Translations under genes and position numbers: made by a program
Virus record (IMG/VR): IMGVR_UViG_3300036826_000050
Span: 207 to 64,206 of that record
Direction: 5' to 3' (one strand)
DNA length: 64,000 nucleotides
Source of the DNA: a virus
Lineage: Duplodnaviria > Caudoviricetes
Shown: positions 46,201-55,760 of the stretch, in pieces
Position numbering within the stretch: position 1 is the stretch's first letter
Layout: every line of letters begins with the position of its first letter
Notes under the pieces: generated by a model
Told to the model about the DNA's origin: nothing
The model's input: only the letters and a program-made list of their open reading frames with translations
Databases searched by the model: none

Positions 46201-46741
46201 GGCGGCCAAGGTCAGCGCGAAGGTGACGGGAGCAGGAGCACAGGCGCGGCGCGCTCGCGGCGTCGCGGCAATCGTCGATGATGATTTGGCCAAGAGCGTA
46301 CGCAACGTGGGCGACGACGCCGAACTCATCTACCAGGCGCACGCGCTCCGACGTTCAGGTCGCCTAGCGCGCGGCATCAAAGCGCGCGCCACCGGCGATA
46401 CGGTGATCGTGTCGGCCGTCGCCGTCGATCCTGATTCTGGGTTCGATTACGTCAGGGTGACGCGCTTCGGTCACAAGAAGGCGATCATTCGTCCGGTTGG
46501 TGCTGGCGGTCGCCCGCGCCGAGCCAGGACCGTGGCCAGGTCGTCTGCTGGTCAGTTCTCCCGGCGTGGCGCTCCAGCGCTTGTGTTCGAGAGTCTCGGT
46601 CAAGTCTGGAAGCTGCCGTACGTGCGCGGGTTCCGTCCGACAAGCGACTGGGTTGCCGACGCACTCCCCGAGGTCGAGGCTGCGGCCGCAACTGAGATGG
46701 AGCAGACGGGTAATCGCATAGCGGTCAGGTGGGCCAAGTGA
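46181..46741 (+). CDS. HK97-gp10-like neck protein
   Basis: RSGRLARGI...YVRVTRFGH; basic. Confidence 0.65.
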   Translation: MILLPRKAAKVSAKVTGAGAQARRARGVAAIVDDDLAKSVRNVGDDAELIYQAHALRRSGRLARGIKARATGDTVIVSAVAVDPDSGFDYVRVTRFGHKKAIIRPVGAGGRPRRARTVARSSAGQFSRRGAPALVFESLGQVWKLPYVRGFRPTSDWVADALPEVEAAAATEMEQTGNRIAVRWAK

Positions 46742-47190
46742 CGACTGAAGAAGTCGCTAAGGCATGCGAGGCTTGGGCCTCTGCGACGGTCGCCGGTCTC
46801 AATTCGTACGAGCATATGCCTCGCAGCCTCAAGCAGTCACTTCCGCTCGTGCTTGCCGAGGTCCAGAGGAAGACGCATCAAAACCTCGGCGTTGGCGAAT
46901 CAAACTTCCAGCAGTACCAGTTCCAACAGACATCGGTCAGCGAATGGACTGTCGCGCTCCTGATCCTTGTCGATCCTGCCGACTCTTGGACGGCCAGCCA
47001 GGTCTTGTACCAGATGACTGATCAACTCGGCGATGAGATCAGCAAGGACCCGACGCTCGGTGAGAGAGTCAGCTTTGCCTCTGAGGACTACGAGGTCAGC
47101 TTCACTCCGCCAGAGTTTGAGTACGCCGATGGTACAATCGCAAGGGCCGCGACGATGACCATGACAGTCGGGCATCAAAAGGAGGTATAG
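46738..47190 (+). CDS. Tail terminator-like protein
   Basis: DPTLG motif; before MTP. Confidence 0.65.
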   Translation: MTTEEVAKACEAWASATVAGLNSYEHMPRSLKQSLPLVLAEVQRKTHQNLGVGESNFQQYQFQQTSVSEWTVALLILVDPADSWTASQVLYQMTDQLGDEISKDPTLGERVSFASEDYEVSFTPPEFEYADGTIARAATMTMTVGHQKEV

Positions 47191-47369
47191 TGCCCAAGGA
47201 CGAAAAGCAGAAGCGGTACGTCTTGGCCGACGAGTCCAAGTACAACGAGGTCGTCGTCGGAGGCAAGACGGTCAGCAAGGGTGGCGAGTCTGTCGCCCTG
47301 ACGGAAGGGCAGTACGAACGAGCAAGCGCCATCGACGGCGTCACCCTGGAAGAAGCAGAGGAGGAATAG
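47190..47369 (+). CDS. Small acidic protein (59 aa)
   Basis: Hand-read GTG ORF with AAGGAGG SD filling the gap. Confidence 0.65.
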   Translation: MPKDEKQKRYVLADESKYNEVVVGGKTVSKGGESVALTEGQYERASAIDGVTLEEAEEE

Positions 47370-47372
47370 TTC

Positions 47373-48065
47373 ATGAGTCCAGTCTCAGGCGGACGGATGC
47401 CGTACGACGCAGCAGGAGCGCTTGCCGGTCCTGCACGTGTCCTGTACGCCGATCCGACGGTGGCCGCCGTCCCTGCCGACCTTTGGGACATCATCCCGGC
47501 GGTCGCGGATGTGGACGGCGAGTACCCGCCGCAGCCCGATTGGAGCGACTTTGGCCTCGCGGCCGACGCTCCGACCTACACCCACTCCAAGGACACCGAG
47601 GGCCTGGAGTACCAGCAGCCGCGTGGCGTGCTGTTCGAGGCGATCAGCGAGATCACGCGCACCTTCACGGCGCAGATCGCGCAGATCCAGCCGGAGAACA
47701 TGCTCATCGTGGAGAACGCTGACGCCATCGTGCCCATCGCCGCCGCTGCCGGCGTGTCGGCGCAGAAGAAGGTGGCGTTCGGCCTGTACCCCGAGTTCAA
47801 GTCGCTGCGGATCGCGCTGATCTCCTACCGCCCGTCCGGCACGCCGACGGTGACCGAGCCGGCACCGTCAGATCGGACGCGGCCCTGCGCGGTCGGCCTC
47901 GTCCTGCCGCTCTGTGTCCTGTCGGCCGAGGACTCTGAGTTCGAGTTCGACGCCGGCAGCCCGGTCAACGCCGCGATCACGTTCACCGCCCTCGCCGACC
48001 AGACCGCCGGTGCCAACAAGGAGCACGGGTTCTGGATCTTCGAGGACCCGGGCGTCATCGCCTAG
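47373..48065 (+). CDS. Major tail protein
   Basis: AGPARVLYA...WSDFG; position and codon bias. Confidence 0.8.
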   Translation: MSPVSGGRMPYDAAGALAGPARVLYADPTVAAVPADLWDIIPAVADVDGEYPPQPDWSDFGLAADAPTYTHSKDTEGLEYQQPRGVLFEAISEITRTFTAQIAQIQPENMLIVENADAIVPIAAAAGVSAQKKVAFGLYPEFKSLRIALISYRPSGTPTVTEPAPSDRTRPCAVGLVLPLCVLSAEDSEFEFDAGSPVNAAITFTALADQTAGANKEHGFWIFEDPGVIA

Positions 48066-48084
48066 TACAAGGGGAGGAAGTCGC

Positions 48085-48597
48085 ATGGAAACAATCAACG
48101 TTGGAGAGCGCTTGATTCCGGTGGTGGCGCAGAAGCACGCACGCCTGCGCCACTACCTGAGCGCCGAGGACTTCAACAAGGTCCTCACGATGGACTACGG
48201 GCATGAGACGTACCGCATCCTGTCCGTTCTGGTGCCGGCGATCCCGCACGGCGTCCGGGCGCTCGACAACCCGGATCGCTGGTCGTGCAAGCCATTCCCC
48301 GAGTGGGAGTGGGAGGGCTTCGGCAGCGAGGAAGCCTGGGAGAAGTACAAGTCTGGCGACCGCGAGGCGTACGTCGAGGATGACGACAACTCGCCAACCG
48401 GCGCGGAGATCATTTCCCTGTTCGAGGCCGCTCTGATGGTCAACGGAGCGGATCGCTTGGGAAAGATCATCGGCCTCATTCGCAGCGGAGCTACGCTCGT
48501 CGAGGCTCAGTCGAGGGGCACCTCGCAAGAGTCGCCTGGCGCGAATGGGGCATCAGCAACGCCGAGTTCTGGGACACCAGCCCCAACATCGAAGTAG
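48085..48597 (+). CDS. Tail assembly chaperone (G)
   Basis: GGAGG SD; between MTP and TMP. Confidence 0.8.
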   Translation: METINVGERLIPVVAQKHARLRHYLSAEDFNKVLTMDYGHETYRILSVLVPAIPHGVRALDNPDRWSCKPFPEWEWEGFGSEEAWEKYKSGDREAYVEDDDNSPTGAEIISLFEAALMVNGADRLGKIIGLIRSGATLVEAQSRGTSQESPGANGASATPSSGTPAPTSK

Positions 48598-48836
48598 AAC
48601 AAGGACTCACGGTTCCCAAGATCAATGACCTCGCTGATGTGTACATGGACTCTCATGACGTCGAACTGTTCGAGTTCGGAGTAGCCATGTACTACGCGGT
48701 CAACGCTCCCAAGGAACTCAGGAAGATGGAGCCGAAGCGTGTCGTAGCCGAGGCTACTGCCGAGGAACTTCCGAGCATGCTGCGGATTCCCAAGGACCGT
48801 ACCAAGCGGGCGCCTGCGAGGCATGATGGCGGATAG
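48459..48836 (+). CDS. Tail assembly chaperone -1 frameshift extension (GT)
   Basis: G GGA AAG at 48459-65; -1 frame open to 48836 with WGISNAEFWDTSP. Confidence 0.85.
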   Translation, partial: GKDHRPHSQRSYARRGSVEGHLARVAWREWGISNAEFWDTSPNIEVEQGLTVPKINDLADVYMDSHDVELFEFGVAMYYAVNAPKELRKMEPKRVVAEATAEELPSMLRIPKDRTKRAPARHDGG

Positions 48837-51696
48837 CGTCGCCAATCTATTCCTCAGGATCTTCTCCGACAAGGGCGACGCGGCCTCGGATGTTGGCGAG
48901 GTCGCCGCCGCCCTGGAGGCGCTCGATCACGTCAAGGCCGAGGCCGAGGCCAACGTCGATGTCCAAGAGGGTCAGCTTGACCTCTTCATGGCACAACTTG
49001 AGGAGTTTGACGGGAAGAAGTACACCGCTGAGGCCGACATCAAGACCGACCAACTGAAGCTGTTCCAGAAGGAACTGGAAGGCGTCGTCGCCACGGATTG
49101 GCGTTCGAGGTTCATGAAGAGCTTCGACATCGGCGAGTTCACGCAACTTCCTCCGCATCAACAGATGCAGATGGACGTTGACGTGGATACGGGGAAAGCC
49201 GAGTCAGAGCTACATGCCTTCCAGCTGGAACTCGATTTTGCGACGAGGGATCGAACCGTCAACATTGACGTTGATAAGGGTCGAGGGTTGGGCAACTTCA
49301 GCAAGATCGGCGGGCTAATCACATCGGCGTTCGGAAGTCTTGCCGAAGATGCTGCCGGGGCCAAGGATGCGCTCAGTTCAATGGGCCAGGGGATCGGCCG
49401 CGTGACAGTCAACCTCGGTATGTTCGGCGCGCGCTTGGGTCCGGTCGTGGTCCTCGTGCTCGGACTCGGGGCTGCCATCGCAATCTCGCTCGTTGCCGCG
49501 CTTGCTGCTCTTGCCTCATCAGCAGCGCTCGCCGCTGCAGCTCTCGGCGCACTCGCCATAGCCCTCGCTGGCGCTCTGGGTCCGATGCTCGCAATCGCGA
49601 TCCCTGCCTTCCTAGCGCTAAGCAAGGTTCTGAAGGTCCTGTCGACGCAACAGCAGGATGCCGCGACAGCCGCGCAGAGGAAGGCGCGAGCGGATCAACA
49701 AGCCGCGCAGTACGCGCAGCAGCACGCGGATGCTGAACGAACTCTTCAGCAAGCGGTCAGGGCGCGCAAAGACGCGACGGTCGCTGCTTATCGTGAGATG
49801 CAGGACGCGATTGAGCGCGTCGCCGACTCATATCGGGACCTTGAGCATGCAGAGCTATCCGAGCAGCGTGCTCAACTCAACATAAAGCTTGCGAAGAAGG
49901 CACTCTCCGACTTCCGCAAGGAGGCGGGACTCACCGGCGATGTGCTCGATAAGGCGTTCACTAAGTTCACCGACGTTGACTTCCGAGGCACGGCGACCGA
50001 TCTCACCAAGGAGATTGAAGCCGCAAGCGGGAAGAACCTGAGCCTGGATGACCAGCTCAAACTCCAGGGCCTCATTCTTGACGTCAAGGATGCCAAGCTT
50101 GCCGAGAAGGACGCGACCGACGGCGTCAGCGATGCCGAGCGCGAGAACGCGCGGGCAAAGCAAGATGTCGCGAAGTTCTACAAGGATGGCATCAAAGCCT
50201 CGGACCAGTACAGGGCTGCACTTGAGCGCGTAGCAGACGCACAGCGCTCCCTTGCCAGGCTGAAGCAGGGTCGGCAGTTTGAGCTTCAGAATCAGGCGAT
50301 GGAGAATGCGAAGTCGAAGACGGCGCAACTGTCGTCCGAGGAACGCAAGCTGCTCGAAGCTATCAAGAAGCTCTATGGAGCCTTCAAGACGGCATTCGGC
50401 CCGGCCGTCACCGCTCTACTCGACGGAGTGATCAGCGGGTTGGAAGGCATCGATACGGCCATGATCGGTCTGAAGGGAAGCCTGAAGACGCTCGGCCGTG
50501 CCATGGGCAAGTCTATCGGTGGGTTCCTCAAGTTGCTTTCCAGCCCTGAAGCCGGGGCGTTGTTCCAGGCACTGATCGATGGCGCGACACAGCTGGCGCC
50601 GTTCATCGGCTCGGTCTTTGGCTCTCTGTTCGAACTGCTCACGAAGATCGCCGTTGCCGCGATGCCGTTCCTGGTCAAGATGTTCGGTGATTTTGCCGGT
50701 TGGCTAGCCGACATAGCCAAGAACACGTCGCTCCAGGACATCACCGACTTCATTATGCAGTTGATCCCGCACTTGCAGACTTGGCTCGGGATCGCCGGTG
50801 CCTTGGCCGAGGGGTTCTTCGGCATGATAATGGCTATGGCGCCGCAGGGGCAGGAACTCGCCACTGCGATTGGTGACATAGCGAGGGACCTGGCCGAGTG
50901 GGCAAACTCGGCGCAGGGGCGTGAGGAGATCAAGGCATTCCTCCGCGATGCGATCCCGAACGCGGTCAGATTCGTCAAGGCCGTCTTCAAAATCGTCACG
51001 TTCCTCGGCAAGCTTGTTCCAGTCGCAAATGGCGTTGGATCGGCAATGGACTTCCTCTGGCAGGCATTGCTTCCGGTCCGACTCATCATCCGTGGGATTG
51101 TTTGGGTCATCCAGAAGCTCGCGGGCCTGGCTGGCACTCTGTCCGTCAAGCTTGAGAACTTCGCCAACAAGATTCCTGGAATGTTCAGTAGCGTCTTTGA
51201 GACGGTCAAGGGCGTCTGGGAGGATATCAAGGGTCTCTTCTCAGGACTGTGGAACACATTCTACGACTTCGGCAAGAATATCATCAATGGCCTGAAGGAT
51301 GGCGTCCTGGCCGTTGCGCAAGACCTCTTCAACGCCATCAAGGACACCGTCATGGCGCCGGTCGATTGGGTCAAGGGCAAGCTCCATATCGGCTCGCCGT
51401 CCAAGCTCATGATGGAAATGGGCCACAATGTCGGGCGCGGCTTTGAAATCGGGATCCAGCGCGCCGGTGGTCGTGTCATGACCGCTGCAGCTGGATCACT
51501 CGTGGCGCCCGTCGCTGCTGCAGGGGCTGCGGGCGCAGGTGCAGGTGCTGGATTCATAATCCAGAATCAGAACGTCAATCTTCCGCCCGCGCCTGGTCAT
51601 GGGCAGATGGGCGATCCGCGTCATCAGGCGGCGCAATTCGCTGCCGAGCTACGACGACGCGGCGGACAGGGCCTCGGTGGAGGGGGTGTGCGGTAA
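48826..51696 (+). CDS. Tape measure protein
   Basis: ~956 aa, Ala-rich helical; C-terminal LHIGSPSK. Confidence 0.92.
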   Translation: MADSVANLFLRIFSDKGDAASDVGEVAAALEALDHVKAEAEANVDVQEGQLDLFMAQLEEFDGKKYTAEADIKTDQLKLFQKELEGVVATDWRSRFMKSFDIGEFTQLPPHQQMQMDVDVDTGKAESELHAFQLELDFATRDRTVNIDVDKGRGLGNFSKIGGLITSAFGSLAEDAAGAKDALSSMGQGIGRVTVNLGMFGARLGPVVVLVLGLGAAIAISLVAALAALASSAALAAAALGALAIALAGALGPMLAIAIPAFLALSKVLKVLSTQQQDAATAAQRKARADQQAAQYAQQHADAERTLQQAVRARKDATVAAYREMQDAIERVADSYRDLEHAELSEQRAQLNIKLAKKALSDFRKEAGLTGDVLDKAFTKFTDVDFRGTATDLTKEIEAASGKNLSLDDQLKLQGLILDVKDAKLAEKDATDGVSDAERENARAKQDVAKFYKDGIKASDQYRAALERVADAQRSLARLKQGRQFELQNQAMENAKSKTAQLSSEERKLLEAIKKLYGAFKTAFGPAVTALLDGVISGLEGIDTAMIGLKGSLKTLGRAMGKSIGGFLKLLSSPEAGALFQALIDGATQLAPFIGSVFGSLFELLTKIAVAAMPFLVKMFGDFAGWLADIAKNTSLQDITDFIMQLIPHLQTWLGIAGALAEGFFGMIMAMAPQGQELATAIGDIARDLAEWANSAQGREEIKAFLRDAIPNAVRFVKAVFKIVTFLGKLVPVANGVGSAMDFLWQALLPVRLIIRGIVWVIQKLAGLAGTLSVKLENFANKIPGMFSSVFETVKGVWEDIKGLFSGLWNTFYDFGKNIINGLKDGVLAVAQDLFNAIKDTVMAPVDWVKGKLHIGSPSKLMMEMGHNVGRGFEIGIQRAGGRVMTAAAGSLVAPVAAAGAAGAGAGAGFIIQNQNVNLPPAPGHGQMGDPRHQAAQFAAELRRRGGQGLGGGGVR

Positions 51697-52568
51697 TGCC
51701 AGCTGACGTCCAACATGGCGTCCTCGGCCTGGAAGCGATTCATAACATCACGGGCCGGATCGACATGAATGTCCAGGGATCGCTTCCGCGCATCAAGCTC
51801 GACCGCATCGGCGGACTCCATTCGCTCAATGACGCTGATGACTTCCGCGAGGACAACTACGCGCGGTCAGGTGAGACGGCATATATCTCGCACAACCGTG
51901 GTCGAACGATCACGTACGAGGGGCGTTTGTTCGCACGCAACGTGCTTGAGTTACGCGAACTCGGCAATGACCTTCGACGCGCCTGCGCTTTCAGCCGCCA
52001 GACCGAGGGCGACTTTGAGATTCGCCCGCATCCGTTCATGGGCGGCTATGCGAGCAGGTATCGCGGTCGGACGTTGGCGCTCGAGATTGACGACGAGTGG
52101 ACGACCAACTACGGGTCGGTGATTCCGTACCAGCGGCACTTCGTCCTCACCATCCGTTGCGGTGATCATCGCTTCTACATTGTCGGCAAGGACGTCAATA
52201 TGACGGCCGCTAACGCCGCCACGCTCGCCGTGAACAACGAGGGTTCGACCGGCGCACTTCCTGCGATCATCGTCAATGGACCGATTGCGGGGACGCTTCT
52301 GTTCGAGCGCCTGGACAACTTCGTCTACCGCAACCTGACATATGATCTCAGCGACGACAACCTCGCGGCCGGTCAGCAGATCAAGCTTGACTTCTACGAC
52401 CGCTCACTACGGCGGGTGAGCGATGACGCTTCGTACGAGCATCTGCGCGTGTTCGATGAGTCCAACTGGTTCGACTCCAGCGCGGCAGCCCTGAACCCCG
52501 GACTCTCGCACGTCAAGGTGTCGGGTGGCGGAAACTGGAACATCCAATTCTCCCCAGCGAACGGGTAG
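51696..52568 (+). CDS. Distal tail protein (Dit-like)
   Basis: Follows TMP; R.ITYEG, N.G...A.P.I...GP, LNPG. Confidence 0.75.
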   Translation: MPADVQHGVLGLEAIHNITGRIDMNVQGSLPRIKLDRIGGLHSLNDADDFREDNYARSGETAYISHNRGRTITYEGRLFARNVLELRELGNDLRRACAFSRQTEGDFEIRPHPFMGGYASRYRGRTLALEIDDEWTTNYGSVIPYQRHFVLTIRCGDHRFYIVGKDVNMTAANAATLAVNNEGSTGALPAIIVNGPIAGTLLFERLDNFVYRNLTYDLSDDNLAAGQQIKLDFYDRSLRRVSDDASYEHLRVFDESNWFDSSAAALNPGLSHVKVSGGGNWNIQFSPANG

Positions 52569-52571
52569 GCC

Positions 52572-53753
52572 ATGGCGCCGCCTATGCTAGAGGCCCAGAT
52601 TTGCGACGCCTGGGGAGTCGCGCTCGCTGGTGGGACAATCTACTACACATCGAGCGGCGGCGGGCTGGAGGTCATCGATCCGCTCAACGACTCGCGTACA
52701 GCCCGGCTTACCGTGTCGATGTATGACCGCTGCTCCAAGTTCGCGCGGCCGCTTGACCGCGTGCTCTCGGTGACGTACGGAACGCATCTGATCTTCAAGG
52801 GTCCGATCCTGTCGGTCAGTCGCGACTTTCAAGAAGGCAAGGTCACGATCTTCGCGCACGATCCGACAATCAAGCTGAAGCACCACTACCACCGCTACGG
52901 CGACTGGGCTGTGGACGCAGGCTACACGCTTGATGGTAGAGGGATGCAGACATTGGTCGAGTCGAGTCTTGACTGGGAGTCTGAGACTGACTCAGGAATC
53001 CCGCCCAACGGCATACTCTGGGGATATGACAACACGACGCATCGTGACGACAAGACGGCGGCTAAGCGTGGGCAGAACGTTTGGGATTCGGTCGTGAGTC
53101 TCTCGCAGATTGTCGGAGGACCGGACTTCAGGTTCCGACCAGTCGACAAGTACCATGACGGTAAGTACCCGGCGTCATTGGGAATTCACGATCTGGGTTT
53201 CATGGTCGAACTCGACACGAACGATCATCTTGGGACGGACAAACAAGATGAGGTCATCTTCGAGGCTCAGATAGGACAGGATAACGCCGAGAACATTCTC
53301 CATGAGCCGGATGGCGACGTTGTCCGCAATTACTTCACACAGGTCGCTCCTGGCGGTCCTCGCAACCGTAATGATGAAGAGAAGTCGGCCACGGTCAAGG
53401 CGGGCGGCTCGATCCATGACTATGGCTTCTACGAGGGCTATGAAAGTTCCGGCAATGCGAAAGACCCCGTGTCGGTTCTGAGAGCCAGAGCGCAGGATTG
53501 GGTTGGCGCTTATGCTCGTCCGCCTGCTTTCTTCACCGTCACGCCGCGGATTGCGAACGAAGGCGTGCCGAGATATCCTGCTGACGTCGTGGTCGGTGAT
53601 ACGATCAGGGCGCGAGCGCGCAAGGGTGAATGCTCGTTTGACGGAATCGGTCGGATCGTGAAGGCGACCGTGAAGTCAATTGATCAGTCAGGGAACTCGC
53701 GAGTTGACCTTGACTGCGTGCCGACGATTCTGGAGACAATCGACGATGCCTGA
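52572..53753 (+). CDS. Baseplate hub / minor tail protein
   Basis: Follows Dit; IFKGPI, GPDF, VGDTI. Confidence 0.7.
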   Translation: MAPPMLEAQICDAWGVALAGGTIYYTSSGGGLEVIDPLNDSRTARLTVSMYDRCSKFARPLDRVLSVTYGTHLIFKGPILSVSRDFQEGKVTIFAHDPTIKLKHHYHRYGDWAVDAGYTLDGRGMQTLVESSLDWESETDSGIPPNGILWGYDNTTHRDDKTAAKRGQNVWDSVVSLSQIVGGPDFRFRPVDKYHDGKYPASLGIHDLGFMVELDTNDHLGTDKQDEVIFEAQIGQDNAENILHEPDGDVVRNYFTQVAPGGPRNRNDEEKSATVKAGGSIHDYGFYEGYESSGNAKDPVSVLRARAQDWVGAYARPPAFFTVTPRIANEGVPRYPADVVVGDTIRARARKGECSFDGIGRIVKATVKSIDQSGNSRVDLDCVPTILETIDDA

Positions 53754-54228
53754 GTTCTTCGGCAAGATCGACTACTTGGGTCTTCATCGCAATATCTCGC
53801 GCCGCGTGAGCAATCTGGAGACAGGCGAGCACCCTGTCCGCTCCGAGGGCGGGTACGATGACGTGTATACACCGACAGCTGTCGTCATGACGAGTACAAT
53901 AATGGAACAGGGAACCGGCGGCGTCACTGATGTGCGTTGGAAGTGGCAACGTCGTATGGGACTCGTATCATCATTCGGCCAGGTACAATTCAAGACAGGT
54001 AAGACGCATGCAGACCTGCCTGCAGAAGAAGTGCTTGCCGTTCTCCCTGGAGCGGCGAAACCGACGATGCCTCTGGTTATGCGTGGACAGATGAGCGTTG
54101 ACCCTTGGTTCTTCAGGTATCGCATAGATCCTGACGGCACGGTTACTCTCATCAAGCCGTCTGGACCGGCCGCTGGCGGTACATACCGTCTGTACTTCGA
54201 GAATTGTTCTTGGGCGGCGATAGCGTAA
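53746..54228 (+). CDS. Minor tail protein
   Basis: N-terminal RRVSNLE coil; AVLP...P beta domain. Confidence 0.6.
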   Translation: MPEFFGKIDYLGLHRNISRRVSNLETGEHPVRSEGGYDDVYTPTAVVMTSTIMEQGTGGVTDVRWKWQRRMGLVSSFGQVQFKTGKTHADLPAEEVLAVLPGAAKPTMPLVMRGQMSVDPWFFRYRIDPDGTVTLIKPSGPAAGGTYRLYFENCSWAAIA

Positions 54229-55760
54229 TGGCGAATACCGGCACCGGTAAGGACATTGTCGGTCAGCATATCGACCTGACTGAGCGAATTCGCAAGCTTG
54301 AGGTTCTGCCGCAGCCCGCCATCCAGCGTGCCTACTGGCGCCCAAACCAGGAGGAACTTGACGCCATCGCTTGTCATGTGCTCATGGCGGGCATCTGGAA
54401 TGGTCCCGATCTTGGTTCACCACTCATGGCCTCGATGGGACCGGCTGCGCAGTATCTCTGGGCGATGACCGATCAGTACGGGTTTGGTAGCATAAGTGCG
54501 TGTCAGGACTGGACACGCTTCTTCCAATATGTTGGAGCGTTCCCTCCCACGCGTGCATTCTCAAACTTGAACATGTCGGAGACTAGTCCGGCAATACCTG
54601 GCGTTCTGGGCGGCGCACCCTGTCAGAGAATTTGGTGGGGACCGAATGTTGGCGGTGGCGCCTTCACTGAGGTACCAAATCCGGACAGTTGGAAGGAGTT
54701 TTGGCTGGCAGGTCTGCCTGGCAAGGGAACTTGGCATCACTGGGATGTGGGTGAAGGTGTCGATGTTGCAGCCGAGGATGAGAATGATGGCGGCTTGCAG
54801 GTCTGGAACAAAGATGATCCTCGTGTTTTCATTGATCCGCGTGATGTAGTCACTCCCGGTGGCTTACGAGGATCATTTGTGACCGGCGATCCGGTCATGG
54901 GACGAGACAATACATTTGGGTTCCTGACGCAAACTGATTGCGAGGGGCCGAATACTCCAAAGTACAATGCATATGAGTATCCTGGAAGACCAAGGCAATA
55001 TCTGACTGGTCCGCAACCATGTCCCAAGGGTAATGAGCAAGCCGCTGTGTTCTACGCCGGTAACGTAGCACGCGCCTCGCTCTGGCTATCCGAGTTGGAT
55101 CTTTATATGCTTGGACCGGCGAAGCCATTGTACATAACTGCGTACAATAACCAAGTCATTGGAGCTGGCGTAGACTTCGCGGTCTGGGATCGTGCTCGTT
55201 GGCCAGGGATGGAATGGTTGATCGACACGATTGAGATGGTTCTTCCGTATCACCCTGCGCCACTCTCGTTCTACAACGCTTGCCTGCCAGCCGCAATGGG
55301 TATGCAGAAGATTGATAATCATAACAAGATGCTGTCTATGCGTCTTGGATATGGTTGGTACGGCAGAGTCGAGGTACAAATCAGAGAACAATTGGCCGTA
55401 CTACAAGGACAAGCATCTGCATGGTCAACAGAGTTCCGTACTGCACTTGCGGGCGAAGTCGCAGCTTGGCCGACGGCATATGGCGGATCATGGCCCGAGT
55501 GGTACGGCTATGTTCTGCCGGATGCAGCAGGCGGGCCTGGCGTTCAAGTAACATTTGAAGGTCGTTTGCCGGATGGGACTCCGGTTCCTTGTCTTTTGAC
55601 CACGCAGATCAATGGTGTCCGTAGACTCGGCATCGATACGACTTGGTTGACAGACTGGCAAGCAGATAACATCCCTGGCGAGGATATGCCGGTAGAACTT
55701 ACAGTATCATTCGATGGTGCGCAAATCCCGATTCAGTACCCGTTCGTGGAGCACGAGTAG
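54228..55760 (+). CDS. Minor tail protein, possible receptor-binding
   Basis: N-terminal DLTERIRKLE; W/G-rich; visibly lower GC. Confidence 0.6.
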   Translation: MANTGTGKDIVGQHIDLTERIRKLEVLPQPAIQRAYWRPNQEELDAIACHVLMAGIWNGPDLGSPLMASMGPAAQYLWAMTDQYGFGSISACQDWTRFFQYVGAFPPTRAFSNLNMSETSPAIPGVLGGAPCQRIWWGPNVGGGAFTEVPNPDSWKEFWLAGLPGKGTWHHWDVGEGVDVAAEDENDGGLQVWNKDDPRVFIDPRDVVTPGGLRGSFVTGDPVMGRDNTFGFLTQTDCEGPNTPKYNAYEYPGRPRQYLTGPQPCPKGNEQAAVFYAGNVARASLWLSELDLYMLGPAKPLYITAYNNQVIGAGVDFAVWDRARWPGMEWLIDTIEMVLPYHPAPLSFYNACLPAAMGMQKIDNHNKMLSMRLGYGWYGRVEVQIREQLAVLQGQASAWSTEFRTALAGEVAAWPTAYGGSWPEWYGYVLPDAAGGPGVQVTFEGRLPDGTPVPCLLTTQINGVRRLGIDTTWLTDWQADNIPGEDMPVELTVSFDGAQIPIQYPFVEHE

